Of a stretch of 64,000 bases of DNA, positions 55,237 to 64,000 are shown piece after piece (the stretch's first letter is position 1; the number at the start of each line of letters is the position of its first letter). The position numbers and the translations under genes are program-made. Origin of the DNA: Puniceicoccaceae bacterium (GTDB lineage Bacteria > Verrucomicrobiota > Verrucomicrobiia > Opitutales > Oceanipulchritudinaceae); assembly GCA_040830765.1 (NCBI GenBank), contig JBFOMH010000019.1, positions 96,001 to 160,000 on the forward strand, given 5' to 3'. The notes beneath the pieces are model-generated. The model was not told where the DNA came from, did not search any database, and saw only the letters and a program-made list of their open reading frames with translations.

Positions 55237-58200
55237 TCAGTCGAGGGAATCGAATCCGAGGATATCCCCGTCACCCTCAATTGAATTAGAATCCTCCTCA
55301 ATTACGGGGAAGAGGTTGCTGAAGCTGCCGAGACGGGAATCCAGTGCGAAAAGTGAGCCGGTGAACGAGGTTACGGAGACGGGCTCCAGGGATGCGGACT
55401 GGCGGGCAGCAGCCTCTTCTGCAGAAATAGTCCTTGCGGCAATCATGAAGGAGGGTTGGGGCTCGGCGATCTGTGGCGTGGCTTCCGACTCAGAACTGAT
55501 GATCTCGGAATCCGGGGCATAATGGGTATAAACGAGGGAAACCGGCGTCGGCCCGTCACCGGTTGGCACCGGCTCAGAGCTGGATTCGTAGGCTGGATCA
55601 TCGGTTTGGAACATCACCGTATCATAGGCAGTATCCCCACTGGCCCCGATAAGGCCGTAACCACCATCAGTAACGACCGCATTAAAGGCATGGCCGAGAA
55701 CCAGCTGGTCCTTCCACATGACACTGACCGTGGAGCCCTTGAAGGTAACCTCAATATCCTGCGCACCGCCCTGCATAATCAAGTCATTCTGGAAGGCCGT
55801 ATCAATGACAATGCCCTTGCCGGTGCGGTGTCCAATGACGACCTCACCGGTCTCGGTGTTGACGGTGGCAAACTTGTATTGCTTGGGCCCGTAGTAATCG
55901 AAGACGAAACCGCCCTCACCGCCTGTTGTCAGAGTTCCGGCAAGCCGGATTAATGAGGTGTAATCGACGTCCACGCTCATGAGGTTGATAGCCGCATCGG
56001 CAATCGCGGTTCCTGAGTAGCTGCCGTTAGCCAGCACCCAGGCACCTGTTTCAGGAGCATCGAGCAGGTCGGTGAGGGAGGCATCAAAATTATCTGTCTT
56101 GGTCAGGGTCAATTCCGGGGCAAGACGCTGGACAATGACATTGTCGATGGCCGCCTTGGAATTATCCCCACCCAAGCCAACCATGCCTTCATTAAGGGCG
56201 TGGCTGATTCCGTATTGATCGATGACGACCGGGAAGGTGTGGGTCAGGGAAGTCCGGTTGTTGACAAGAAGCGTGGCAACCGTGCCATTAACCGAGAGGA
56301 GAACATTGTAATTGGTATTGGACTTCAGGGAACCGGTGTAAACACCTTGGACATCAACGATCCAACCTTCGGCCGTCCGGTGGCCGATTTCCAGCTTGTT
56401 GGTTGAGACATTGATACCGGCAAACTTGAAATCGAGCTCGCTCTTGTAGTCAAAGACCACGTAGGCATTACTCTTGTAACCGGAGGTTGGCTTTACCGGG
56501 CGAAGGACAGCCCGCATCTCGAAGTAAGTCGGGACATAATCGTTGACAAGGAAGACACTCAGGGCATCCCCACCGCGGAACTCAGGCTCAACATAGTAAC
56601 TGCCGCTCTGGACACTCCAGACTCCACTATCGATGAAGAATCCCTGTGCGCTGTTGCCATCGTTGAAGCCGACTGAGCGGAGGACATCCCGCTTGCCGCC
56701 CGGGATATTGCCGGCCTGCGGATCATCCGGGGCACCGGTCTGTGCCTTCCACCATGGATCCTGTTGCAGGACAAGGCCCAGCTCGCCGTAGGGCTCACCA
56801 TTGCGCTCAACCTCGGCGGCGATACCGACATCGCCCGGGCGTGTCGGATCTGCGCCATCGCTTTCGGAGAGGTCATAGAGGTAATCTTGCAGTTGCGGCT
56901 GCAAAGTGCGGCTGATAGTGGCAGCGCCAAACGGTGCGAACGGCACGAGATAGCTGTTGAATTCGCCGACCCAGTCGATGAGGCGGTCGCCACCGGTGTT
57001 GCCGATGAGGACATCCCGGCCGGCTCCGCCGTAGGCGATATCCTGGTAACTATAAGCGGTATCCGGTGTATTGTTGCCAATCGGATCGATGACCTTCTTC
57101 ACCGGCTGGGCAACACTGTCATGGTCGTCGTCAGCATTGAGCAAGTCATTACCAAATCCACCATAGACGCGGTCCTGACCGGTACCACCGACAATCCAGT
57201 CGTTGCCGAGGTCGCCGAAAATACGGTCGTTGCCATCCGTGTAGACAGCGGTAGTCGTTTCATCGATAAATCCATACTGCGGACCTTCGGAGGCATAGAA
57301 GTTGCCGAAGAACTGGCCGCCGTTATCGAGGAAGATCTTCCGCAGCGGGTTGTATTCATCATAGGCGGCGAACTCTTCGGCCTTGCGGGCCTCGAAGCCA
57401 AGGACGTTACCGGGGTTGTAGGGCAGCGTGTAATCGGAACGCATCGGGGTGCCGGTGCGATCGCCATCGGGGTCAGTGTACGAGGTAAATTCCTCGAACC
57501 AGCCCATGGTGGTTGGGTCGGATTCCAGGCCAGGCATCGCTTCGGTACCGGAAATAAAGTCGTCACCGGCTCCACCGTGGAGGGAGTCGTCACCCAGGCC
57601 GCCGAAGATGATGTCATCCGCGTATTCCGGATCAAAGTTCGGTGTCTGGTCGTTTTCAATGCCACCACCAATGCTGTCGAGGTAGAACGGTGTCAGGTTG
57701 ACGGTCTTCTTGAGCTCGTAGCGCTTGTTGATAACGGCTTGCTGCAGGTTACCCGGAGTGGAAATCGGATCGTCAAACTGGTTGTTTTCGAATCCGGCGA
57801 TTCCAAAGAGTGGCTCACCGGCGAGAGTATTGCGACTGGTGTAGATACGACCGTCGTCACCGAGGGCACCGTCATTGCCGGTTCCGCCGGAAATCCAGTC
57901 ATGGCCCCAGCCACCGATGAGGTTGTCATCGCCGGCCTCACCATAAAGGACATCGTTGCCGACCATGCCGTAGATTTCATCATCACCGGACTCACCGTGG
58001 ATTTCGTCCCGGGCACCGTTGTCACCGCCATCAGTGTTCTCTTCCGGATTATCCGGAACGAGGTCACGACCGCCAGGCGTGTAGTCAACCAGTTCAACCG
58101 CCCGCGGAATGAGCTTCAGGTTGTTATCGTAGCTAGTAAGGACGTCATCGATTTCGTCATCGCCGGCCCAGTTGGTGTTAAAGGTCTCGTTGTCGTAGTT

Positions 58201-61200
58201 GAAGCTGAGGTAGCCGAGGAAGGTCGCAATGTCGCCATCAGCTATGGAGCCATGGCCATCGACATTGGCAATCTCAACGCCGGAATCGGTCGTTACTCCG
58301 ACCAGGCGATAGATATTGGCATTGTCACCGGTAATGGTGTCAGCATCGCGGGCGTGGAGGAGATCGCCGTAGGTATTGCGGGCGAGGTCATTGGCATCGG
58401 CGTTATCCGGGCCGCCGGCGCCACCGAAGATAATATCGGTGCCATCCGGACGCAGGGCTTCGTCGCCTGCAAGGCCGAACATGGTTGAGCTGCCACCAAC
58501 GATGTCGTCCTGGCCGAGGTTGCCGAAGATGACATCCTGGCCGCCATTACCCTCGATGTAGTCGTCACCATCGGTGGTCAGTTCGATGGACGGAGAGACG
58601 AGAAGCGGCATCAGGGGATCCCAGGAGAATGGTGTGGAGGAATCCCAAGTACCGATAACAGAGCGTCCTGCGCCCACGTCTGCGAAGAGGTCGGCCGCCG
58701 CCTTTTCAACGATCCAGCCATCACCATCAAACTCGTGATCGGCCATCCAGCCGTCGCCCTGGAGACGATCATTGCCGAGCTGGCCGAAGATCATGTCGTT
58801 GTCCGGACCGCCGGCGATGTAGTCATTGCCATGGCTGTTCGGATGGGTCGTATTGGCGTGGTCGTAGAGGACGATGTCGCGGGCATCCTTGCCAGTGCCG
58901 CTCGGGTTGGACTGGTGGACACCGGTGACAAGGGCCGCACCGTCGGTGTAGCCGTTATTGGAGTCACCGTAGATAAATGTACTGTCGAGGACGCGCATCC
59001 GCGGGTCGGTGGCATCGCCACGGCGCAAGATGCTGGCATTGTCACCGGCAATGACATCGACATCGCGCTCACCAATAGATTGACCCGGCAGGTTGGGCTG
59101 ACCCGGCAGGGCGGAGATGCCACTGGCACCACCGGCACGGTCGGAACCACCATCGATGCGGTCGTTGCCGTCCTGGCCGAAGGCAACATTGTGACCGCCA
59201 ATGAGATCGTCACTGTCATTGCCACCGTAGATGACATCGTGGCCTTGGCCACCGATGATGATATCTTCGCCATCTTCACCGAAGATGATGTCATCACCGT
59301 TTTCAACATAGGTGGAGTAATCCGGATTGGTGTCGATTTCCGTGTGGGCGTCGATGTCAACAATCTGGGTATCGATGGAGAAGAAGGTGAACGGATCCTG
59401 CAGACCGGTAAGGCCGAAGAAGTCGAGACCAAGGTAGCTGTCACCACCAATGAGCGGCAGGGCCTGTGCGACAACGCCGCCTGCAATGGCACCGTGGTCG
59501 ACTGCGTCGAGGCGACCATGGTCACCGAAGACAAGGTCATTGCCGGCGCCGGAGCGGATTTCGTCATCACCGGTACCGCCGAAGATAAAGTCATAGCCTG
59601 CACCGCTCTGGATTTCGTCGTTACCGCCGTTGTTCGGGTCAGTGGTGCGGATGCGGTCAATGTCGGAGGCGTTGGTATCGTCGCCGTGGCCGAATCCGGT
59701 ATCGGAAAGGTAGCTGCGTTCCGCGGCGGTGTAGTCGATGAATCCATTGTCACCAAGGATGATATTATCGAGGTCGCGCGGATTGCCGCTGGTCGGATTA
59801 TACGGATCGTAAGCCGACTCGGTATCGCGGTCGTAGTTTTCGCCGAAGTTGGCGATGATGTCGTCCTGCCCAAGGCCACCGAAGATGATGTCGTAGCCAA
59901 GACCGGTGGTGATGATGTCGTAGCCACCGAGGGTTGGGCTGATGGTTGTCAGGAGACCCAAGGTGATCGGCTGGGTACCGAACTGCGGCGCATCTTCACC
60001 GGCGGCAACGATTTCCGCATTGTCACCGAAGACAATGTTGTCGCCCTGGCCGGCATTGATGGTGTCACCTTCCGGATTGTCCTCGCCGGAGACGGACTGG
60101 GCAACCTTGACGATGCCTTCAATGATGACGTCAGTGACGATTTCGCCGTCTTCACCGCCAATGATAATGTCATCGCCGTCACCCGTGGTAATGGTATCGG
60201 AACCACCATGGCTCGGGGCGAGGGTGAAGATACGGTCGATGTCGAACGGATTTGCATCGTCACCCGGCAGCAATCCAGTGGACGGCGTATTGGTGTCGGC
60301 ATAGAGGCGGCCCTCGTCATCGGCGGTCCAGTCGATGTAACCGGAGTCCCCGAGGACGATGTTATTGGCGTCCGCGCCGTTGCTATCGGTGTACTCGCCA
60401 TCATTGGCAGTGATGATGTCGGCATCGATACCACCGATGATGATGTCACGGCCAACACCAGAGGTGATTTCGTCGGAGCCACCGATAAGGGACTCAATGC
60501 TTTCGACCAGACCAAGGGTCAACTCGATGGAACCGAAGCGGTTCAGGTCGGATGCGGCAGCGGTGATCTGGCCATTGTCACCGAAGATGATATTATCACC
60601 ATGGCCGGCATTGATGATGTCGCCAGCGTCGTCTCCGTCACCAGCAGCGACAACGTCGCGGTCAAAGTCAGAGGAGATGACCACTCCGTCACCATCCGGG
60701 ATGGTCGCATCGATGACGTTTTCGCCATCCTCACCACCGATGATGATATCGGTACCGTCACCCGTGGTGATAGTGTCACTGCCACCATGGTCCGGATTGG
60801 TGCTGAAGATGCGGTCGATGTCGCTGGCATCCGTATCGTCACCGGGAAGCGTGCCTGCCGGATAGGTTTCACCACCAACGCTGTAGGAACGGACGATGTC
60901 GGCATCCTCAATGCCGATGCCGTCTGCAGCGGTCCAGTCAATATAACCGGAGTCGCCAAGAACCACGTTGTTACCATGGCCGGCATCGATGACATCGCCA
61001 TCGATACCACCAAAGATAAAGTCATCACCGTCACCTGTCGTGATAGAATCGGCGCCACCAATGAGGGAATCGAGCGTCTCAGCAAGTCCGACTGTCATGA
61101 CAACTTCCAGACCGATTGTACTGGTGCTGGAGAAGAAGCGGTCGGCATCGGAATCTGCAGCCACCACACGGCCATTGTCACCGAATACGATGTTACGGCC

Positions 61201-63999
61201 GTTACCGGTAACAACGATGTCACCGTCCTCCTCGTCCTGCTGGACGGAACGGGAAATGCGGACCGGGCTGATCCAACCGGCATTAATCATGAACTCGCCG
61301 TCTTCACCGGCAAAGATGATATTGTCGCCGTTACCCACCAGGATCCAATCGTTGCCCCCGACATCAAGGTCAGTCGATTCAGCAACATCTATATCCGTAT
61401 TGTCACCGTCATGGATGATGTAGTCGATACGGCCCATATCGCCAAAGACGATATTGTTGCCTTCTCCACCGTCGATGAAGTCGCCGACGAAGGACTGCCC
61501 ATCGATATCCAGTTCGGTGCCGTCGTTGACGCCACCAAAGATGAGGTCATCGCCAAGTCCACCAAAGATGATGTCGTTGCCACCAATCAGCGGATATTGG
61601 GTAAAGATTTCATCCGGGTTCCTGACAGTGCTGTCGAGCTTGTCTCCGGGGCCTCCATTACCGAGGACAACAACCGCCACGACGACCTGGACGCCTGCAT
61701 CCTCGTCGTTGTAGTAGACGACCTGCCCGCGGTCACCGAAGATGATGTCGTCCGCATCGCCGCCAACAATCTCATCGGAACCCTGGCCACCGAAGATGAT
61801 CAACGGGAGCGTCGAGGAATAAGTACCCCACTCGGCATCGCCGGTACCGGAGGCAAAGACATGGTCGTTATCACTGATATCGAGGTAATCGTTCCACGGG
61901 CCCTGGGTGTTGAGGACAAAGAAGCCGTCAGAGACATCGGCTCCACTGTTGTTGTTTTCGGTAGCGTCGAGGTCGATATAAATCCAGTCGTCGCCAAGGC
62001 CAGTGTTGAGGCTGGTGATGGTCCGGATTCCGGCGCGATAATGAGTGCCGTCGATACGAATGGTATCGGCTCCGAAACCGGTCCAGATAGTGATACCCTC
62101 GGCAAAGTCATTGCCCGTTCCCGTGTCAGCCCAGAAGGTGATATTACCCTCGTAAAGGTCGGCCCAGCCAAAGGCATCATCGCCGCCACCGAGGCCGCGG
62201 ATGACGATTTCCGCATCCGTGGGCTCGTCGCCAGACGGCTTGTCCGTGATGACGATATTATCGTTATCCAGCGTACTGGCTTCGCCACTGACCATGAGGA
62301 GATGGCTGCCCGTACCGGCATCGATATTGAGGTCACCATTGATGAAGTGGAGGTGGCCGGTCAGGAAGTCGATATTGCTGTCTTGGGTTTCGTCAGCGGT
62401 TGAGGAAATGTAGATTCGCTCGTCACCGTCTCCGAGGAAGAGGTTTGTTTCGGCAGTTGTGCCACGGATATTGAGGACATCATCACCGGAACCGAAGCCG
62501 ATGTTGAGCTCATCGATGAAGTAGTAGTTAATGCCATCAATCCGGGTCAGGTAGGTTGCAGCATGGGCCTCGACATCATCGTCCGTGCGCTCGTTGGTCG
62601 AATCCGGTGTGTCGCTGATGTCGTCGAGGACATAGAAGCGGGTCGTGAAGACATTTCCGGCGATGTTCTCGATGGTCAGGACGCCGTTCAGGCTGCTGGC
62701 GCGGAATTCCGGCAGGCCCCATTCGTTGATCAGGTCGGCCAGCTTGCGGGCGACCGATGCATGGGTGTCACCGGCTTCGGCGATCACCTTGAAGGTCAGG
62801 ACGCCCGCTGCGCCAGTCGTTGTGGAAACGGCATCCAGACTGGTGGCGGTATCCAATGTAACAGTGATGTCCAGGCTGTAGACGCTCTCAAGGGTCACCT
62901 GCCAGACTTCACCAGCTTCCGGCTGACCGGCCGCCTCGATGGTGGTGGTGGCGGAGAAGAGCGTGCCGTCGGTGCGGCTGATGAGGACCACGTATCCTTC
63001 AACGGCGACGGAGTAGTCATTACCGGTGCCGTTCAGGCCGTTCAGGTCTTCGGCCAGCTCGGCGGCGATGATTTCCAATGTATCATCAGCGAGGACGGTG
63101 TAGCTGAAGGTGTGGGAGGTGATGCCATCGGTGACGGTAATGCTCCAGACTTCGTCGATTGCCGGTGTGCCCAGCAGGGTGACACTGGATTCCGTCGGCG
63201 TGGTGCGGTCAATTTCCACCTTGCTGAGGTCCGCCTCGGTGCTGCCGTAGTAAACCTCGGTTGAGAAGAGGTCGCCGTTGCGGTGGAAGATGACGAGCTT
63301 TCCGCCATCACCGACAGCCGTGAAGATGTCAGGACCGTTTTCATTGATCTCTTCGGCGAAGGCGGCGGCCAGTCCGGCGTAGGAGGCCGTGTCATCAACT
63401 GCCACTGTAAAGGTATGGGTAATGCCACGGATGGTGATTGTCAGGGTCCACATCGAGTTGAGATCGAACGGCTTACCACCGGCAATAAAGTCAACCAAAG
63501 TGGCACGCGGGATGCGGATATCCGTGATGCCTTCACCTTCTGTTCCACCCAGGGTGACTTCTGTTACCAGAGCCTCGTATTCATCGGCGCCGGCGGAATT
63601 CTCCTCGGTAGTGAGACCGCTGGCGTCGAGGTCATGGATGGTCAGGTCCCGGTGCTCGCCCTGGAAGGTGATGATGAAGGTGCGCTCACCGACCTTGCGG
63701 ATGGCGAAGTTGTCCGTGTAGGGCTTCCAAGTTGTACGGGTGGCAAAGTCAAACTCCGGATCAATGTCGATTGTCGAACCATTCGGGTTGAGGATCGGGC
63801 TGATGGCCTTGTAGAGGTCGAGGGCGGAGGCGTTGTAGTCGATCAGGCCGGTGGTGAAGAGCTCAAATTCGCCGAGCTCGTTTTCGATCCGGAAGGTCAG
63901 GGTGAAGGAACCACCGGTTACATTCGGATTAATGGTAATGACCTGGATATTGTTGATACCTTCATTGACGGTCGATCCGTCGCGGATAGTGCTGATCTC
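55237..63999 (-). CDS. Second giant RTX-repeat protein (5' partial, over 2900 aa visible) with C-terminal tandem beta-sandwich (ConA/LamG-like) domains
   Basis: The frame stays open from the right window edge (EISTIRDGSTVNEGINNIQVITI...) through 63498, so the track start is not the true start. Abundant GGxDxIxGGxGDDIIFGD repeats, and two similar VFDY..YKFA.(I/V)N....(L/V).IGHRT domains near the C-terminus. Confidence 0.92.
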   Translation of the reverse strand, partial: EISTIRDGSTVNEGINNIQVITINPNVTGGSFTLTFRIENELGEFELFTTGLIDYNASALDLYKAISPILNPNGSTIDIDPEFDFATRTTWKPYTDNFAIRKVGERTFIITFQGEHRDLTIHDLDASGLTTEENSAGADEYEALVTEVTLGGTEGEGITDIRIPRATLVDFIAGGKPFDLNSMWTLTITIRGITHTFTVAVDDTASYAGLAAAFAEEINENGPDIFTAVGDGGKLVIFHRNGDLFSTEVYYGSTEADLSKVEIDRTTPTESSVTLLGTPAIDEVWSITVTDGITSHTFSYTVLADDTLEIIAAELAEDLNGLNGTGNDYSVAVEGYVVLISRTDGTLFSATTTIEAAGQPEAGEVWQVTLESVYSLDITVTLDTATSLDAVSTTTGAAGVLTFKVIAEAGDTHASVARKLADLINEWGLPEFRASSLNGVLTIENIAGNVFTTRFYVLDDISDTPDSTNERTDDDVEAHAATYLTRIDGINYYFIDELNIGFGSGDDVLNIRGTTAETNLFLGDGDERIYISSTADETQDSNIDFLTGHLHFINGDLNIDAGTGSHLLMVSGEASTLDNDNIVITDKPSGDEPTDAEIVIRGLGGGDDAFGWADLYEGNITFWADTGTGNDFAEGITIWTGFGADTIRIDGTHYRAGIRTITSLNTGLGDDWIYIDLDATENNNSGADVSDGFFVLNTQGPWNDYLDISDNDHVFASGTGDAEWGTYSSTLPLIIFGGQGSDEIVGGDADDIIFGDRGQVVYYNDEDAGVQVVVAVVVLGNGGPGDKLDSTVRNPDEIFTQYPLIGGNDIIFGGLGDDLIFGGVNDGTELDIDGQSFVGDFIDGGEGNNIVFGDMGRIDYIIHDGDNTDIDVAESTDLDVGGNDWILVGNGDNIIFAGEDGEFMINAGWISPVRISRSVQQDEEDGDIVVTGNGRNIVFGDNGRVVAADSDADRFFSSTSTIGLEVVMTVGLAETLDSLIGGADSITTGDGDDFIFGGIDGDVIDAGHGNNVVLGDSGYIDWTAADGIGIEDADIVRSYSVGGETYPAGTLPGDDTDASDIDRIFSTNPDHGGSDTITTGDGTDIIIGGEDGENVIDATIPDGDGVVISSDFDRDVVAAGDGDDAGDIINAGHGDNIIFGDNGQITAAASDLNRFGSIELTLGLVESIESLIGGSDEITSGVGRDIIIGGIDADIITANDGEYTDSNGADANNIVLGDSGYIDWTADDEGRLYADTNTPSTGLLPGDDANPFDIDRIFTLAPSHGGSDTITTGDGDDIIIGGEDGEIVTDVIIEGIVKVAQSVSGEDNPEGDTINAGQGDNIVFGDNAEIVAAGEDAPQFGTQPITLGLLTTISPTLGGYDIITTGLGYDIIFGGLGQDDIIANFGENYDRDTESAYDPYNPTSGNPRDLDNIILGDNGFIDYTAAERSYLSDTGFGHGDDTNASDIDRIRTTDPNNGGNDEIQSGAGYDFIFGGTGDDEIRSGAGNDLVFGDHGRLDAVDHGAIAGGVVAQALPLIGGDSYLGLDFFGLTGLQDPFTFFSIDTQIVDIDAHTEIDTNPDYSTYVENGDDIIFGEDGEDIIIGGQGHDVIYGGNDSDDLIGGHNVAFGQDGNDRIDGGSDRAGGASGISALPGQPNLPGQSIGERDVDVIAGDNASILRRGDATDPRMRVLDSTFIYGDSNNGYTDGAALVTGVHQSNPSGTGKDARDIVLYDHANTTHPNSHGNDYIAGGPDNDMIFGQLGNDRLQGDGWMADHEFDGDGWIVEKAAADLFADVGAGRSVIGTWDSSTPFSWDPLMPLLVSPSIELTTDGDDYIEGNGGQDVIFGNLGQDDIVGGSSTMFGLAGDEALRPDGTDIIFGGAGGPDNADANDLARNTYGDLLHARDADTITGDNANIYRLVGVTTDSGVEIANVDGHGSIADGDIATFLGYLSFNYDNETFNTNWAGDDEIDDVLTSYDNNLKLIPRAVELVDYTPGGRDLVPDNPEENTDGGDNGARDEIHGESGDDEIYGMVGNDVLYGEAGDDNLIGGWGHDWISGGTGNDGALGDDGRIYTSRNTLAGEPLFGIAGFENNQFDDPISTPGNLQQAVINKRYELKKTVNLTPFYLDSIGGGIENDQTPNFDPEYADDIIFGGLGDDSLHGGAGDDFISGTEAMPGLESDPTTMGWFEEFTSYTDPDGDRTGTPMRSDYTLPYNPGNVLGFEARKAEEFAAYDEYNPLRKIFLDNGGQFFGNFYASEGPQYGFIDETTTAVYTDGNDRIFGDLGNDWIVGGTGQDRVYGGFGNDLLNADDDHDSVAQPVKKVIDPIGNNTPDTAYSYQDIAYGGAGRDVLIGNTGGDRLIDWVGEFNSYLVPFAPFGAATISRTLQPQLQDYLYDLSESDGADPTRPGDVGIAAEVERNGEPYGELGLVLQQDPWWKAQTGAPDDPQAGNIPGGKRDVLRSVGFNDGNSAQGFFIDSGVWSVQSGSYYVEPEFRGGDALSVFLVNDYVPTYFEMRAVLRPVKPTSGYKSNAYVVFDYKSELDFKFAGINVSTNKLEIGHRTAEGWIVDVQGVYTGSLKSNTNYNVLLSVNGTVATLLVNNRTSLTHTFPVVIDQYGISHALNEGMVGLGGDNSKAAIDNVIVQRLAPELTLTKTDNFDASLTDLLDAPETGAWVLANGSYSGTAIADAAINLMSVDVDYTSLIRLAGTLTTGGEGGFVFDYYGPKQYKFATVNTETGEVVIGHRTGKGIVIDTAFQNDLIMQGGAQDIEVTFKGSTVSVMWKDQLVLGHAFNAVVTDGGYGLIGASGDTAYDTVMFQTDDPAYESSSEPVPTGDGPTPVSLVYTHYAPDSEIISSESEATPQIAEPQPSFMIAARTISAEEAAARQSASLEPVSVTSFTGSLFALDSRLGSFSNLFPVIEEDSNSIEGDGDILGFDSLD

Positions 64000-64000
64000 G

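Noticed and set aside
58735..62403. 1222-aa plus-strand ORF (also 56764-58488)
   Set aside because: Antisense shadow of the RTX gene caused by its biased codon usage. No recognisable motifs.

Overview
Bacterial window, probably Verrucomicrobiota (Opitutales-like). This is inferred from the SusD-less TonB receptor type, sulfatase richness, the LEPR-XLL giant protein and a Trp-rich C-terminal tail. It has three blocks. (1) 1-26.4 kb is a sulfated-glycan utilisation locus: a sulfatase-GH29 fucosidase fusion running off the left edge, a TonB-dependent receptor, two GH94 phosphorylases, five stand-alone Cys-type sulfatases, a GH10, LacI- and XylR/AraC-type regulators, a TonB-C-domain protein, two small secreted proteins and a radical-SAM sulfatase maturase. 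(2) 26.5-28.6 kb holds housekeeping genes (radC, msrC-like GAF, slyD) and an atypical tRNA-Ser(TGA) flanked by short repeats. (3) 28.6-64 kb holds two tandem minus-strand giant RTX-repeat proteins: one complete at 8811 aa and one of over 2900 aa running off the right edge. The most notable signals are in block 3. The two giants share an ungapped 61-aa C-terminal tail (39/61 identical) that looks like a dedicated export or sorting signal. The 8811-aa protein also carries an N-terminal alpha/beta-hydrolase plus a peptidoglycan-binding/MepA-like module. All domain calls come from motif recognition by eye; no searches were run.
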